DNA of 62,893 nt, filler included, from Myxococcota bacterium (GTDB lineage Bacteria; Myxococcota; Myxococcia; Myxococcales; Myxococcaceae): the NCBI GenBank assembly GCA_049322255.1. It is 6 parts of 6 records of this genome, joined end to end, with 100 filler letters (N's around TTAATTAATTAA, not from the genome) between each part and the next. Parts side by side here need not be neighbours in the genome. Positions count along the whole stretch, not along the records: positions 1 to 27,604 come from JBMORE010000047.1; 5 more parts are not named here. One strand, written 5' to 3'. A program made the translations under genes and the position numbers. The notes beneath the pieces are model-generated. The model was not told the DNA's origin, did no database searches, and saw only the letters and a list, made by a program, of their open reading frames with translations. The stretch's first letter is position 1, and every line of letters begins with the position of its first letter. Below are positions 10,372 through 20,551 of the stretch, in pieces.

Positions 10372-11309
10372 GGCCGTTGCGCATCGCCACCCGCCAAAGC
10401 CCGCTGGCGTTGTGGCAGGCGCGCCACGTGGCTGGGCTGCTTGCGCGCGCTCAGCCGGGGCAGGAGGTGTCGCTGCTCGAGCTGACCACCGAGGGAGATC
10501 GCTTTCTTTCTGCGCCCCTGTCGGCGATCGGCGGCAAGGGGCTGTTCGTCAAGGAAATCGAGCAGGCGCTCCTCGACGAGCGGGCCGATCTCGCGGTGCA
10601 CAGCCTCAAGGACATGACCTCGGTGATGCCGCACGGGCTGGTGCTCGCCTGTGTCCTTTTGCGGGAGGACCCGCGCGATGCCTTCGTCAGCCCGCAAGGG
10701 TTTCGGCTCGCCCAGGTCCCCGCCGCCGCCACCGTGGGGACTTCGTCCTTGCGGAGAACCTGCCAGCTGCTCGAGCGGCGGCCGGACCTCCAGGTCGCGC
10801 CCTTACGCGGCAACGTGCAGACACGTCTGCGCCGCGCCGAGGAGCTCCACTACGCCGGGGCGGTGCTGGCGCTGGCGGGCTTGAGGCGCTTGGGGCTGGA
10901 GGAGAAAGTCACCCAGGTGCTTTCTGCCGAGGAGAGCCTCCCGGCGGTGGGGCAGGGGGTGCTGGCTTTGCAATGCCGCGCCAAGGACGAGGCCCTTCGC
11001 GAGCTGTTGGCGGACTTGGAGGACCCCCCCACGCGCGCGGCCATCGAGGCCGAGCGCGCCTTCCTCGCCCACTTGGAGGGGGGGTGCACCGTTCCCCTCG
11101 CCGGCTACGCGACGGTGGAGAAGGACCAGGTTCGTCTGCGCGGTCTCATCGGCCGGCCCGACGGCTCCAAGGTGGTGCGCGGTGAGCGTCGCGGCTCGGC
11201 CAAAAACGCCGCTCGCCTCGGGCACGAGCTGGCCCAAGAGCTCTTGGAGGCCGGCGGCGCTGAGATTCTCCACGCCTTTGGTCGTGGACCGCAGGTGCCC
11301 CAGTCGTGA
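10368..11309 (+). CDS. hemC: Hydroxymethylbilane synthase
   Basis: [38 protein letters not shown]. Confidence 0.97.
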   Translation: MRPLRIATRQSPLALWQARHVAGLLARAQPGQEVSLLELTTEGDRFLSAPLSAIGGKGLFVKEIEQALLDERADLAVHSLKDMTSVMPHGLVLACVLLREDPRDAFVSPQGFRLAQVPAAATVGTSSLRRTCQLLERRPDLQVAPLRGNVQTRLRRAEELHYAGAVLALAGLRRLGLEEKVTQVLSAEESLPAVGQGVLALQCRAKDEALRELLADLEDPPTRAAIEAERAFLAHLEGGCTVPLAGYATVEKDQVRLRGLIGRPDGSKVVRGERRGSAKNAARLGHELAQELLEAGGAEILHAFGRGPQVPQS

Positions 11310-12115
11310 CGCCTCCCCTCCCAACCCTCTCCCGGGGAGAGAGGGGGCCGCCGCGGTTGGAGGGAGCTCGGGTGCTGGTCACCCGCCCGCGCGAGCGCGC
11401 GCAGGAGCTGTGTTTCCTCCTCGAGGACGAGGGCGCCGAGGTGCTCGCGCTGTCGGTGCTCGAGCTCTCTCCACCCGATGATCCGCGCCCGTTGCGTTCC
11501 GCCGCCGAGCAGCTGCAGCGCTACGCGTGGGTCGTCTTCGCCAGTCCTTCCGCGGTGCAGGCGCTGGTGGAGGCCGCGCGCGAAGCGGGCACCCTCACGC
11601 GTCTTTCCCAGGTGAAGCTCGCCGCGGTGGGGCCAGCGACCGCGAAGGCGCTTCGCGACCACGGCCTGACCGTCGCCAAGGAGGCGGCGGTCTCCACCGG
11701 AGAGGGCCTCTTCGAGGCGCTGCAAGGGGAGCTCTCTGCAACCGAAGAGGTGCTCCTGCCCGCCGCCCAGGAGGGACGCAAGGAGCTGGAGCTGGCCCTC
11801 GCCGACGTCGGCGTGCCGGTGACCCGGGTGGCGGCCTACCGGAGCGCTCCGGCGCAGGTGTCGGAGGCCCTCCTTCAGGAGCTGTCGTCCAGCCCTCCCC
11901 AGGTGGCCCTCTTCGCCTCGCCCCGCACTCTCGAGGCGTTCCTCGAGCTCACCGGCGAAGCGGGCCGGGGCATGTTGACGGCGGCGAAGCTGGTGGCCAT
12001 CGGGCCTACCACCGAGGCGGCGATGCGCTCTATGGGCTTTTTGGCGGCGGCGGTGGCCGAACGCCCCACCCCCGAGGCCCTCGTCGAGGCGGCGGTCGTC
12101 GCCCTTCGTGGGTAA
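11306..12115 (+). CDS. hemD: Uroporphyrinogen-III synthase
   Basis: VLVTRP, FASPSAV, AVGPATA, IGPTT; alternative start TTG 11357 just after the palindromic repeat. Confidence 0.92.
   Translation: MTPPLPTLSRGERGPPRLEGARVLVTRPRERAQELCFLLEDEGAEVLALSVLELSPPDDPRPLRSAAEQLQRYAWVVFASPSAVQALVEAAREAGTLTRLSQVKLAAVGPATAKALRDHGLTVAKEAAVSTGEGLFEALQGELSATEEVLLPAAQEGRKELELALADVGVPVTRVAAYRSAPAQVSEALLQELSSSPPQVALFASPRTLEAFLELTGEAGRGMLTAAKLVAIGPTTEAAMRSMGFLAAAVAERPTPEALVEAAVVALRG
11315..11347 (+). repeat. REP-like hairpin repeat, copy A (degenerate)
   Basis: CCCCTCCCAACCCTCTCCCGGGGAGAGAGGGGG at the hemC/hemD junction. Confidence 0.7.
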
Positions 12116-12181
12116 GAGGAGCACATCTGGGGCCAAGGTGCGTCTGAATTACCGTGCGGCCCAGGGCGTACGGTGTGTTCG

Positions 12182-12811
12182 ATGCGCTTGGTCGTTGCTC
12201 CACTGTTGTGGTTGCAGCTTGGCTGCGCCACACCCGCTGCCGCCGCCCGTGGCGGACGGCTGACACCCGCTGCGGAGCCGGTCTTTGTTGGCGAGCGTGT
12301 AGCGGCGGCCGCAGCCGAATGGGTGGGCCGCTCCTCGCTGCGCGCGGTCGATGCTGGCGTCCCCGACGACTGCACCGGGCTGGTACGTCTGGCGTACGCA
12401 GCCATCGGGGTCGAGCTTCGGGGCAGTGCGGCCACGATGTATGCGCAGGCTCGTCGGGTGGGCGCCATTCACCGCGGCCCGCCCCGGAGGGGCGACCTCG
12501 TTTTCTTCCGTGAGACCTATGACAGAAATGGAGACGGTCGACGAAACGATGGAATTACCCACGTGGGCGTCGTCGAGCTCGTCGATGCGTCGGGGACGGT
12601 CACCTTCGTGCACCGCGGAAGCCGTGGCGTCGCTCGGGCGAAGATGAACCTACGTCGGCCCTTCACCCGCGAATGGAAAGGCGAGGTGGTGAACGACTGG
12701 TTGCGGCCGGGCAGTCGAAAGCAGCGTCCCCGGCTGAACGGCGAGCTCTTCGTCGGCTACGCCTCAGCCGAAAAGCTGGTGGGTGGTACACGGCGCTCCG
12801 CGCGGCGGTAA
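12182..12811 (+). CDS. NlpC/P60 (CHAP-like) lipoprotein, putative cell-wall peptidase
   Basis: Lipobox LGC; DCTGLV catalytic Cys, GDLVFF, THVG His. Confidence 0.88.
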   Translation: MRLVVAPLLWLQLGCATPAAAARGGRLTPAAEPVFVGERVAAAAAEWVGRSSLRAVDAGVPDDCTGLVRLAYAAIGVELRGSAATMYAQARRVGAIHRGPPRRGDLVFFRETYDRNGDGRRNDGITHVGVVELVDASGTVTFVHRGSRGVARAKMNLRRPFTREWKGEVVNDWLRPGSRKQRPRLNGELFVGYASAEKLVGGTRRSARR

Positions 12812-12840
12812 GGCTGATGCCCTGAGCCGCTCTTGGGCAA

Positions 12841-13621
12841 TCAGCGCGGTGAAACGCCAGAAAACCCGGGAGCAAGGGCGCATTTGAGCGCCGCCGCCTG
12901 CAGGGGGACGTGATCCCGCCCGACGACCGCGAATACCCGCTCACCAGCAAGGACAGCCTGGGAGAGGCGTCGGTACAAAGGGGACCCCGAGCTCGACGGC
13001 GCGCGAGTCGAGCTTGGCAATGCCGGCGACAATCGCCGCCTGGTCCGCCCCCTTTCGCTCCCTCAGCCGGGCGGCCTCGCGCAACTTGAAGAAGAGCGCC
13101 ACCTGCTCAGGGGTAAATACTTCTTGCAGATGATCGAAATGCGCTCGTGGTTCTGGCTCGAGGCGCTCAAGGCGCACGCCGTCACGCGCCGCGAGAAAAC
13201 GGAGGAAGCCCGATTCACCTGTGTCGCGAATGACCTGCGCGCGTTGGCTAGGAATAGGCCGGTCGGGACCCTCATAGAACGCAACCGTTGGCCTCACTTC
13301 AGCCCACGCTGACTCAATGGTGGAGTACTGGGGGTGGGCCGGATCACTCGAGTGTTCGGCACCGATATAACGGAGCCGGCCGTGACCAACGCGAAGATCG
13401 AGCGCGTACCGCGGCTCTTTGAGCGACGCACGAGCATTCCAGCTGACCAGCTGTGCCTCGCAGTCGTTGCTCTTAGCAGGTGCCGCCACTGGTGGAGCGG
13501 CACCTGCCAACGTAGCCGTCAGTAGCAGCGAGACGATGGAGAGCCGAACGGGGTGGGTGCAGCCTAGGGCATTGAACACGGCGCTGGAGAATAGTCCGGC
13601 GGGCCTGCCAATCGAACGCAC
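12841..13621 (-). pseudogene. Secreted hypothetical protein, frameshifted or internally deleted
   Basis: Protein-like frame (YIGAEHS..FYEGP..LFFKLRE) degenerates after GVPFV near 12978; a protein-like C-terminus (LYRRLSQAVLAGERVFAVVGRDHVPLQ) continues in another frame to 12841. Confidence 0.6.
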
Positions 13622-13698
13622 ACGGTGGGATGGACCCCGGCCTCCCGCAAAGCACTGGAGGCGGCGGGCGCTGCTCTTCGCGGGTAAGCTACGGCGTT

Positions 13699-14247
13699 AT
13701 GACACCCGTTCGATTCCTCTTGGCTGGGCTCGCTCTCGTACCGGCGTGGGCGCTGGCCTCGTCGGTCATCGCGCGCACCGTCGGCGAGCGCGCCAAGGAG
13801 GCGGACCGCGTCGTCCTCGCACAGGTGCTCGACTCGCGCACCTTGGTGCCGCAGGACGACCCACGGCGGATGCTCACCGTCACCACCGTTTTGGTGCAGG
13901 AGAGTTACAAGGGCAGCGGCCCCCAGCGGCTGGAAGTCGTTCAGCTCGGGGGCACGCACGGGCTGTGGGAGGCCCACATCCCGGGTGATGCCACCTTTGC
14001 CGCGGGCGAAGTCGCCCTTTTGCTCTTGCGCTGCGGTGACCCTGCCCACCCCGCGCGTTGCAATCTGATGGCGCTGGGCGAGGGCAAGCTTCTTTTGGTC
14101 GGTGAGGACGTGCTTTTGCGCTCGATCGCCCAAAACACCTTCACCCGGAGAAAGCTCGCCGAGGTGCTCGCCGAGATTCGCGCGGCGGTCGGCCTTCCTC
14201 TCCCGGTGGGAGAGGGCAAAGGTGAGGGAACCGGGGTGACGCGGTGA
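13699..14247 (+). CDS. Secreted hypothetical protein, partner of the downstream protease
   Basis: Signal peptide (..AWALA); GTGA overlap with the protease start. Confidence 0.75.
   Translation: MTPVRFLLAGLALVPAWALASSVIARTVGERAKEADRVVLAQVLDSRTLVPQDDPRRMLTVTTVLVQESYKGSGPQRLEVVQLGGTHGLWEAHIPGDATFAAGEVALLLLRCGDPAHPARCNLMALGEGKLLLVGEDVLLRSIAQNTFTRRKLAEVLAEIRAAVGLPLPVGEGKGEGTGVTR
14197..14228 (-). repeat. REP-like hairpin repeat, copy B
   Basis: Reverse complement CCCTCACCTTTGCCCTCTCCCACCGGGAGAGG; read in frame as LPLPVGEGKGEG. Confidence 0.85.
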
Positions 14248-16025
14248 GGTGGAAGCTCGTCGCCGCGGGCTTATTCGCCGCCACCGGCGCGCTCGCGCAG
14301 GGAAGCTACAACTACCTGCCCTTCAAGATGCTGAACACCTCGGCGGACCCGTTCGAGTACTACCTCGACGCGCGCAGCCCAAACCCCGCCGGGCTCACCC
14401 TCTCCAACGTGCAGGCTGCCACCGACAACGCCTGGAAACGGTGGGACGACGTGTCCTGCGCGGCCACCGCCTTTCGGGCGAGGGGGCTGTCGACGTCCGC
14501 CAACATCCCCGAGGTGCGCGATACCTACGACGTCTACAACGTGTCGACGATCTGGATCGGCAGCACCTCCGACCCCTACTACGGCGTCGCCATCGGCAGC
14601 TCGGACGTCACCGCGATGACGCTGCCCCTCTCGTACGCGGGCCAATTGCAGCAGTGCGACATCTTCATGAACGGCGCCCAGCGCACCTGGAGCACCCTTG
14701 CGGCGACGCCGACGGGCGCGGTCGACGTGGAGAGCATCGTCCTCCACGAGGTGGGCCACTGCCAGGGGCTCGATCACAGCTACACCGGAGAGCTCGCCGA
14801 TACCGCTGACGTGATGTACGCCATCACTCCCATCGGCTCGGCCAAGCGCACGCTGACCCAGCGCGACATTCAAGCGTTGTGCACTCGCTACCCGGCCTCG
14901 GGCGTGGTGGGTGCGCCCTGCCTGGCTGACGGAGGCTGCGGGCAGGTCAGCCTCAAGTGCGTTCGTCCGCCGCTGGCGAGCGGAGGGTTTGCGCCGCCGA
15001 TGTGCAGCACGGGCTGTCCGCTCAACCAGAATTTCAACTGCGGCGTGCCGTACGTCTGCGGGGCCTCGAGCGAGTTCTCTCCCCAGTACAACGGCGCTTG
15101 CCTGCCCCCGGGCGAGTACGTCACTCAGGTTGGCAAGCCTTGCACCAGCGCTGGCGAGTGCGGCTCGGCGAACGGCCAGTGCTTCGTTCAAAATCAGCTC
15201 CCCTCCGGCGCGCCGGCGTGGACGGCGGGCTACTGCACGCAGGACTGCGGCACAGGTCAGCCCAGCTGCCCGGTGGGAGCGCGGTGCATCGATTTCGGCG
15301 GCGGCGCCTTTCGCTGCCTCAAGGAGTGCCGCGTGGGCACCGGCGATTGCCGCTCCGGGTACACCTGCGTCTTGCCCTCCAACGGCCCGCCCGGGGTGTG
15401 CGTGTCGTCGTGCCGGGGCGACGTTGATTGCGGCACCGGAGCGGTCTGCCGGGTGTGCGACGGCACCTGCCTTTCCACCAACAACCCCTCGGGCCAGATT
15501 GGCGACGCCTGCACCGACGCGAGCCAATGCGGCGCTGGCCAGGTGTGTGCGCAGTTCGTCAACGGCAACAACCAGGGCATCTGCTCACAGCCCTGCGGCC
15601 TGGCCTGCTCCAGTTGCCCGGCGGGGAGCACCTGTCACCCCATCGGCAGCCGGGGTGAGTTGTACTGCCTGCGCGACTGCACCACCGGCACCTGTCCGTC
15701 GGGCCTGCAGTGCGGCTATCTGCCCACCGGGCGCGGCTGTGTCCCCCGTTGCAGCCTCGACCCCGAGTGTCCCGTGGGCACTCAGTGCATCAACGGGGAA
15801 TGCCGGCCTCCCACCTCGTTTGACGGCGGCTGCGCCCTCTGCCCCGGTGGTTCTGATGCAGGCCGCCCCACCCAAGGCCTTCCTGCCGACGGCGGCGCCG
15901 GCTCGGGTCCCGGTTCGGGTGGATGCGGGTGCAGTGTTGCTTCTCCTTCCACCTCCACCGATGCTCTCTTGTGGGTGCTCTTTCTCTCATGCGCGAATCT
16001 CGCTCGACGCCGGCAGAAGCCGTAG
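14244..16025 (+). CDS. Matrixin (M10)-like zinc metalloprotease with Cys-rich repeats and MYXO-CTERM-type tail
   Basis: Signal peptide, HEVGHCQGLDH, Met-turn VMY, many Cys repeats, GGCGCS + TM + RRR. Confidence 0.88.
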   Translation: MRWKLVAAGLFAATGALAQGSYNYLPFKMLNTSADPFEYYLDARSPNPAGLTLSNVQAATDNAWKRWDDVSCAATAFRARGLSTSANIPEVRDTYDVYNVSTIWIGSTSDPYYGVAIGSSDVTAMTLPLSYAGQLQQCDIFMNGAQRTWSTLAATPTGAVDVESIVLHEVGHCQGLDHSYTGELADTADVMYAITPIGSAKRTLTQRDIQALCTRYPASGVVGAPCLADGGCGQVSLKCVRPPLASGGFAPPMCSTGCPLNQNFNCGVPYVCGASSEFSPQYNGACLPPGEYVTQVGKPCTSAGECGSANGQCFVQNQLPSGAPAWTAGYCTQDCGTGQPSCPVGARCIDFGGGAFRCLKECRVGTGDCRSGYTCVLPSNGPPGVCVSSCRGDVDCGTGAVCRVCDGTCLSTNNPSGQIGDACTDASQCGAGQVCAQFVNGNNQGICSQPCGLACSSCPAGSTCHPIGSRGELYCLRDCTTGTCPSGLQCGYLPTGRGCVPRCSLDPECPVGTQCINGECRPPTSFDGGCALCPGGSDAGRPTQGLPADGGAGSGPGSGGCGCSVASPSTSTDALLWVLFLSCANLARRRQKP

Positions 16026-17830
16026 CTCCCCCGCAGCGGACGCGGGCGGATTTCACCACCGCCTTCGTGCTCCAGGCCTTGGTCCGCCAGGGCTTGCTCG
16101 CTCCGCAGCAGGGCCAGGAGGTGATGGCCAAAGAAACCGCCGCGCGGGCTCGGGTGCTCAAGGGCGTGGGGGCGCAAGGGAAGGAGGCCGCGCGCTACGA
16201 CGTCTCTCCGGTGGAGGTGGTGGCGGCGTTTCAAATTCCGCTCCCCAACGGGCGAGGCGAGCACCTGGACCAAGACCGAGTCAGCGAAGCTGCGGCCCAA
16301 GCCGCTGGGGTGGCGTACCGGAAGATCGACCCGCTCAAGCTGGACATGGCGCTGGCCACCCGCACCGTCTCCCGCCCGTTTGCGCAAAAGCACGTGCTCT
16401 TGCCGCTGGAGAAGACCGAGGGGCGGCTGGTGGTGGCGGTGGCCAACCCCTTCGACCACGAGCTGTTCGAGAACTTGGCTCACCTCGCCGGAATGCCCAT
16501 CGAGCCGGTGCTCTCCGCCAAGGCCGACATCCTCAAGGCGATTGCCGAAATCTACGGCTTCAAGAAGACGCTGGCGAAAGCGGCCGACGACTTCGCCGTG
16601 GGCCCGCAGATTCAGAACTTCGAGCAGTTGGTGTCGCTCTCCGGCACCCAGGAGCTGGAGGCTTCCGATCGCCCCGTGGTGCAAGCGGTGGACTACCTGC
16701 TCCGGTATGCCTACGACAACCGCGCTTCCGACATCCACATCGAGTCGCGGCGCGAGAGCTCCCTGGTGCGCCTGCGCATCGACGGCGTCTTGCACCCGGT
16801 GTACACGCTCCCCTCAGGGGTGCACGCTCCCATCGTCTCGCGCGTGAAAATGATCGCGCGCATGGACATCTCAGAGAAGCGCAAGCCCCAAGACGGCCGT
16901 ATCAAGACCGAGCGCGAGGGGCGGGAGGTGGAGCTGCGGGTGTCCACCTTGCCCACCGCCTTCGGAGAGAAGGTGGTGATCCGCATCTTCGACCCTGAGA
17001 CGCTGGTGCAGGATATTTCCCAGCTGGGCTTCGAGGCCGACGAGAAGGGAGTCTTCGAGTCGTGGATCGACCACCCCCACGGGCTGATTCTGGTCACCGG
17101 CCCCACCGGGAGCGGGAAGACCACCACCCTCTATTCGGCGCTCAAGGCGCTCGCCGGTCCGGAGGTGAACGTCACCACCATCGAAGATCCGATCGAGATG
17201 GTGTGGGACGCCTTCAACCAGGTGCAGGTGCAACCGAAGATCGGCCTCGACTTCGCCGGAGCGCTCCGCCACATCCTCCGCCAGGACCCGGACATCATCA
17301 TGGTGGGCGAGATTCGTGACCCCGAGACGGCAGAGAACGCCATTCAGGCGGCGCTCACCGGGCACTTGGTGCTCTCCACCTTGCACACCAACGACGCGGT
17401 GGGCGCGGTGAGCCGTATGAAAGACCTGGGGGTGCCGCCGTTTCTCCTCTCCTCCAGCTTGCTGGGGGTGATGGCGCAGCGCCTCTTGCGGCGGGTGTGC
17501 GGCTCGTGCGCGGTGGAGGCGGCGCTCACCCCCGATGAGTTGATGGCGCTGCGTACGCCGTTGCCTCTGGTGGCAGGCGGGGTGCGGCCGATGCGCGGCG
17601 CAGGCTGCGTGCGGTGCCGCAACACCGGGTACTTCGGGCGAACCGGCGTGTTCGAGATCCTCGACGCCAACACCCAGGTACGCGAGCTCATCAACCAAGG
17701 TGCGTCGACCGACACCATCACCCAGCACGCGAAAAAGGCGGGCATGCGCACTTTGCGCGAAGCGGCGGTGCGCAAGCTCGCCCAGGGCCTCACCTCCTTC
17801 GACGAGGTGATGCGCATGACCTCGGCGTAG
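15989..17830 (+). CDS. GspE/PilB-family secretion ATPase
   Basis: ASDIHIE, PQDGRI, GPTGSGKTTT, LRQDPDIIMVGEIRD, TGHLVLSTLHTN, two CxxC; start approximate. Confidence 0.93.
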   Translation: MRESRSTPAEAVAPPQRTRADFTTAFVLQALVRQGLLAPQQGQEVMAKETAARARVLKGVGAQGKEAARYDVSPVEVVAAFQIPLPNGRGEHLDQDRVSEAAAQAAGVAYRKIDPLKLDMALATRTVSRPFAQKHVLLPLEKTEGRLVVAVANPFDHELFENLAHLAGMPIEPVLSAKADILKAIAEIYGFKKTLAKAADDFAVGPQIQNFEQLVSLSGTQELEASDRPVVQAVDYLLRYAYDNRASDIHIESRRESSLVRLRIDGVLHPVYTLPSGVHAPIVSRVKMIARMDISEKRKPQDGRIKTEREGREVELRVSTLPTAFGEKVVIRIFDPETLVQDISQLGFEADEKGVFESWIDHPHGLILVTGPTGSGKTTTLYSALKALAGPEVNVTTIEDPIEMVWDAFNQVQVQPKIGLDFAGALRHILRQDPDIIMVGEIRDPETAENAIQAALTGHLVLSTLHTNDAVGAVSRMKDLGVPPFLLSSSLLGVMAQRLLRRVCGSCAVEAALTPDELMALRTPLPLVAGGVRPMRGAGCVRCRNTGYFGRTGVFEILDANTQVRELINQGASTDTITQHAKKAGMRTLREAAVRKLAQGLTSFDEVMRMTSA

Positions 17831-17832
17831 AT

Positions 17833-17867
17833 CCCCTCTCGCTTTGGGAGAGGGTTAGGGTGAGGGG
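17833..17867 (-). repeat. REP-like hairpin repeat, copy C (left arm flanking DUF559)
   Basis: Reverse complement CCCCTCACCCTAACCCTCTCCCAAAGCGAGAGGGG. Confidence 0.9.
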
Positions 17868-17868
17868 T

Positions 17869-18222
17869 GTGACCTCCTACAACAAATTCACTCTTGTCGA
17901 GCTCGCCAGACGCTTGCGCCAGGACCAAACCGATGCCGAACGCTTGTTGTGGCAGCTACTGCGCAACCGGCAAGTCCGAGGGAAGAAATTCCGTCGCCAG
18001 TACCAAGTGGGACGCTATCTGCTCGACTTCTACTGCCACGAGGCGCAGTTGGTCGTCGAGCTGGATGGTGGCGGGCACGCGATGCCCGAGCAACAGGTCG
18101 AAGATGGAGAGCGCGACGCGTTTTTGCGCTCACAAGGCCTGCGAGTGCTGCGCCTCTGGAACCATCAGGTCCTTCAGGAAACAGAGGCGGTCTTGACCAA
18201 GATTTGGGACGAGTTGGGGTGA
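17869..18222 (+). CDS. DUF559 (Vsr-like) endonuclease domain protein, 117 aa
   Basis: ARRLRQDQTDAERLLWQLLR, KFRRQ, DFYC..LVVELDGGGH, D.ERD.FL...G..VLR.WN. Confidence 0.92.
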   Translation: MTSYNKFTLVELARRLRQDQTDAERLLWQLLRNRQVRGKKFRRQYQVGRYLLDFYCHEAQLVVELDGGGHAMPEQQVEDGERDAFLRSQGLRVLRLWNHQVLQETEAVLTKIWDELG

Positions 18223-18238
18223 GTTGGGCGTGTTGGCG

Positions 18239-18273
18239 CCCCTCACCCTTTCCCTTTCCCAGATGGAGAGGGG
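18239..18273 (+). repeat. REP-like hairpin repeat, copy D (right arm flanking DUF559)
   Basis: CCCCTCACCCTTTCCCTTTCCCAGATGGAGAGGGG; inverted relative to copy C, 29/35 identical; contains the stop codon of the convergent gene. Confidence 0.9.
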
Positions 18274-20498
18274 TGCACCGCGATATACGGCTTGGGCCAG
18301 GCGAGGGCGTCGTAGCCGCGTTCTTCGGCGTGGTGGAAGGTGAGGTAAGGGTCGCGCAGGTGCGGTCGGGCGAGGGCGCACAGGTCGGCGCGACCGGCGG
18401 CGAGCACGGTGTTGGCGTGGTCGGCCCCGAGAATCGCTCCCACCGCCAGCACCGGTACCTTCGCTTCGTGCCGAATCTGGTCGGCGAAAGGCACTTGGTA
18501 CATCCGCCCGTATTGGGGCCGCGACTCGGGCACGTTCCCGCCGCTGGAGACGTCGATGAGGTCGGCCCCGTGCTCGTGGAACAGCCGCGCCACGGTCACC
18601 GACTGCTCCGGCGTCAGCCCGTCGGGCCCCAGCCAGTCGCTCGCCGAGATACGCACCGCGATCGGCTTGTCTTTCGGCCAGGCGGCGCGCAGGACGTCGA
18701 AGACTCGAAGAGGGAAGCGCATGCGCCCTTCGATGCCGCCGCCGTATTCGTCGATTCGCCGGTTGGAGAGCGGGGAGATGAAGCTCGACAAGAGGTACCC
18801 GTGGGCGGCGTGGAGCTCGAGCATGTCGAAGCCGGCGCGCTCGGCGAGCTCCACCGCGCGTACGTACTCCTGAAGCACCCGGGCCATGTCCTCGCCGTTC
18901 ATCTCCTTGGGCGTGGGCCATGCGTTGCCGTAGGGGATGGCCGAGGGGGCGAGCGTCTCCCAGGCGCCCTCGGTGAGCGGGCCGTCTCCTTCCCAGGGCA
19001 GGCGGCAGGAGCCCTTCCTCCCCGCGTGCCCCAGCTGGAGGCAAATCTTCGCCCGCGAGTGGGTGTGCACGAAGTCGACGATGCGCTTCCAGGCGGCGGC
19101 GTGTTCCTCGCGGTACATCCCCGCGCAGCCGTAGGTGATGCGCCCGATCGCCGAGACGTCGGTCATCTCGGTGACCAGGAGCCCCGCGCCCCCCACCGCA
19201 CGGCTGCCCAAGTGCACCAGGTGCCAGTCGTTCACCGTGCCATCGGCCGCCGAGTACATGCACATCGGCGACACCGCCACCCGGTTCTCCAGGGAAAGCC
19301 CGCGCAGCCGAAAGGGCGCGAAGAGCGGAGAGGGCGCTCGGCCATCAGAGGACCTTCGACTTTGGTTCGCTTGGGCGAGCTGTTCGTCGACCTTCTCCAC
19401 CAGCGCGGGGTCGCGGGCGCGCAAGTTCTCGTAGGTGATGCGCTTGCTGCGCGTCATGAGATTGAAGGTGAACTGGAGCGGGGGCTGCCCCAGGTAGCGG
19501 GCGCTGTTCTCGAACCACTCCAGGCTCGTCTGGGCGGCGCGCTGCGTCTTCGAGACCTCGAGGCGGCGCTCGGCCTCGTAGGCGGCGAGGGCGGCGGAGA
19601 CATCGCCGGTGCCCAGCCGCTGGAACGCCGCCACCAGCGCGATGGCGTCCTCCATCGCCAACTTGGTGCCCGAGCCGATGGAGAAGTGCGCGGTGTGCGC
19701 GGCGTCTCCCACCAGCACCACGTTCTCGTGGTGCCAGCGCTCGTTGGTGATGGTGGGGAAGGTCCGCCAGATCGATTTGTTGGTGAGCAGCCGGTGCCCC
19801 TGCAGCTCTTCGGCGAAGAGCTTCTCGCAGAAGGCGACGGTGTCCGCCTCCGAGGCGTGCGTTAGGCCTGCCTTCCTCCACACCTCCTCACGGCACTCGA
19901 CGATCCACGTCGAGGTGCTCTGGTGGAAGGGGTAAGCGTGAACCTGAAAGAGGCCCCAGGGAGTCTCCTTGAACACGAAGGTGAACGCGCGCAAGGGCAA
20001 GGTGGTGCCCAGCCAGCAGAACTTGCAGCGCCGCCAATCGATCGACGGTCGAAAGTGCGCGGCCAGCTCCTCGCGCACCGCCGAGTGCACTCCGTCGGCG
20101 GCGAGAATCAGGTCGGCCTTGGGGAGGGCCGAGAGCTTCGCCTCTTGCTGGAACTGAAGCTTCACCCCCAGCTCCCGGCAGCGTGCCTGCAAGATGAGGA
20201 GCAGCTCTTGTCGCGACAGGCCGCAGAACCCGTGGCCGGTGGAGGTGGTGCAGGTGCCCCGAAAGTGCGTCTCGATGTCGTCCCAGTAGGCGAAGCGGGA
20301 GGCGATGGCGCGGTAGCTCTCGGGGTCGGCCTCCTCGAGGTTCCCCAGCGTTTCCTTGGAGAACACCACTCCCCACCCGAAGGTGTCGTCGGCGCGGTTG
20401 CGCTCGAGCACGGTGAGGTCGGCGTCGGGAAACACCTTCTTCATCAGGAGGCTGAAGTAGAGGCCGGCGGGACCTCCGCCGATGCTGATCGCCTTCAT
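18243..20498 (-). CDS. Bifunctional salicylyl-/anthraniloyl-CoA monooxygenase-reductase (FAD monooxygenase + OYE domain)
   Basis: [28 protein letters not shown]-terminal [24 protein letters not shown]. Confidence 0.92.
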   Translation of the reverse strand: MKAISIGGGPAGLYFSLLMKKVFPDADLTVLERNRADDTFGWGVVFSKETLGNLEEADPESYRAIASRFAYWDDIETHFRGTCTTSTGHGFCGLSRQELLLILQARCRELGVKLQFQQEAKLSALPKADLILAADGVHSAVREELAAHFRPSIDWRRCKFCWLGTTLPLRAFTFVFKETPWGLFQVHAYPFHQSTSTWIVECREEVWRKAGLTHASEADTVAFCEKLFAEELQGHRLLTNKSIWRTFPTITNERWHHENVVLVGDAAHTAHFSIGSGTKLAMEDAIALVAAFQRLGTGDVSAALAAYEAERRLEVSKTQRAAQTSLEWFENSARYLGQPPLQFTFNLMTRSKRITYENLRARDPALVEKVDEQLAQANQSRRSSDGRAPSPLFAPFRLRGLSLENRVAVSPMCMYSAADGTVNDWHLVHLGSRAVGGAGLLVTEMTDVSAIGRITYGCAGMYREEHAAAWKRIVDFVHTHSRAKICLQLGHAGRKGSCRLPWEGDGPLTEGAWETLAPSAIPYGNAWPTPKEMNGEDMARVLQEYVRAVELAERAGFDMLELHAAHGYLLSSFISPLSNRRIDEYGGGIEGRMRFPLRVFDVLRAAWPKDKPIAVRISASDWLGPDGLTPEQSVTVARLFHEHGADLIDVSSGGNVPESRPQYGRMYQVPFADQIRHEAKVPVLAVGAILGADHANTVLAAGRADLCALARPHLRDPYLTFHHAEERGYDALAWPKPYIAVHPSPSGKGKG

Positions 20499-20551
20499 CG
20501 AAAGGCTTTGCTAGCACGACCGCTCTCGCCGGGCGACCGGAGCAGCGGTAT

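Noticed and set aside
14900..15850. Recurrent TGC-rich periodicity suggesting a DNA repeat array
   Set aside because: Explained by Cys-rich protein repeats; there are no identical DNA repeats with spacers, so it is not CRISPR.
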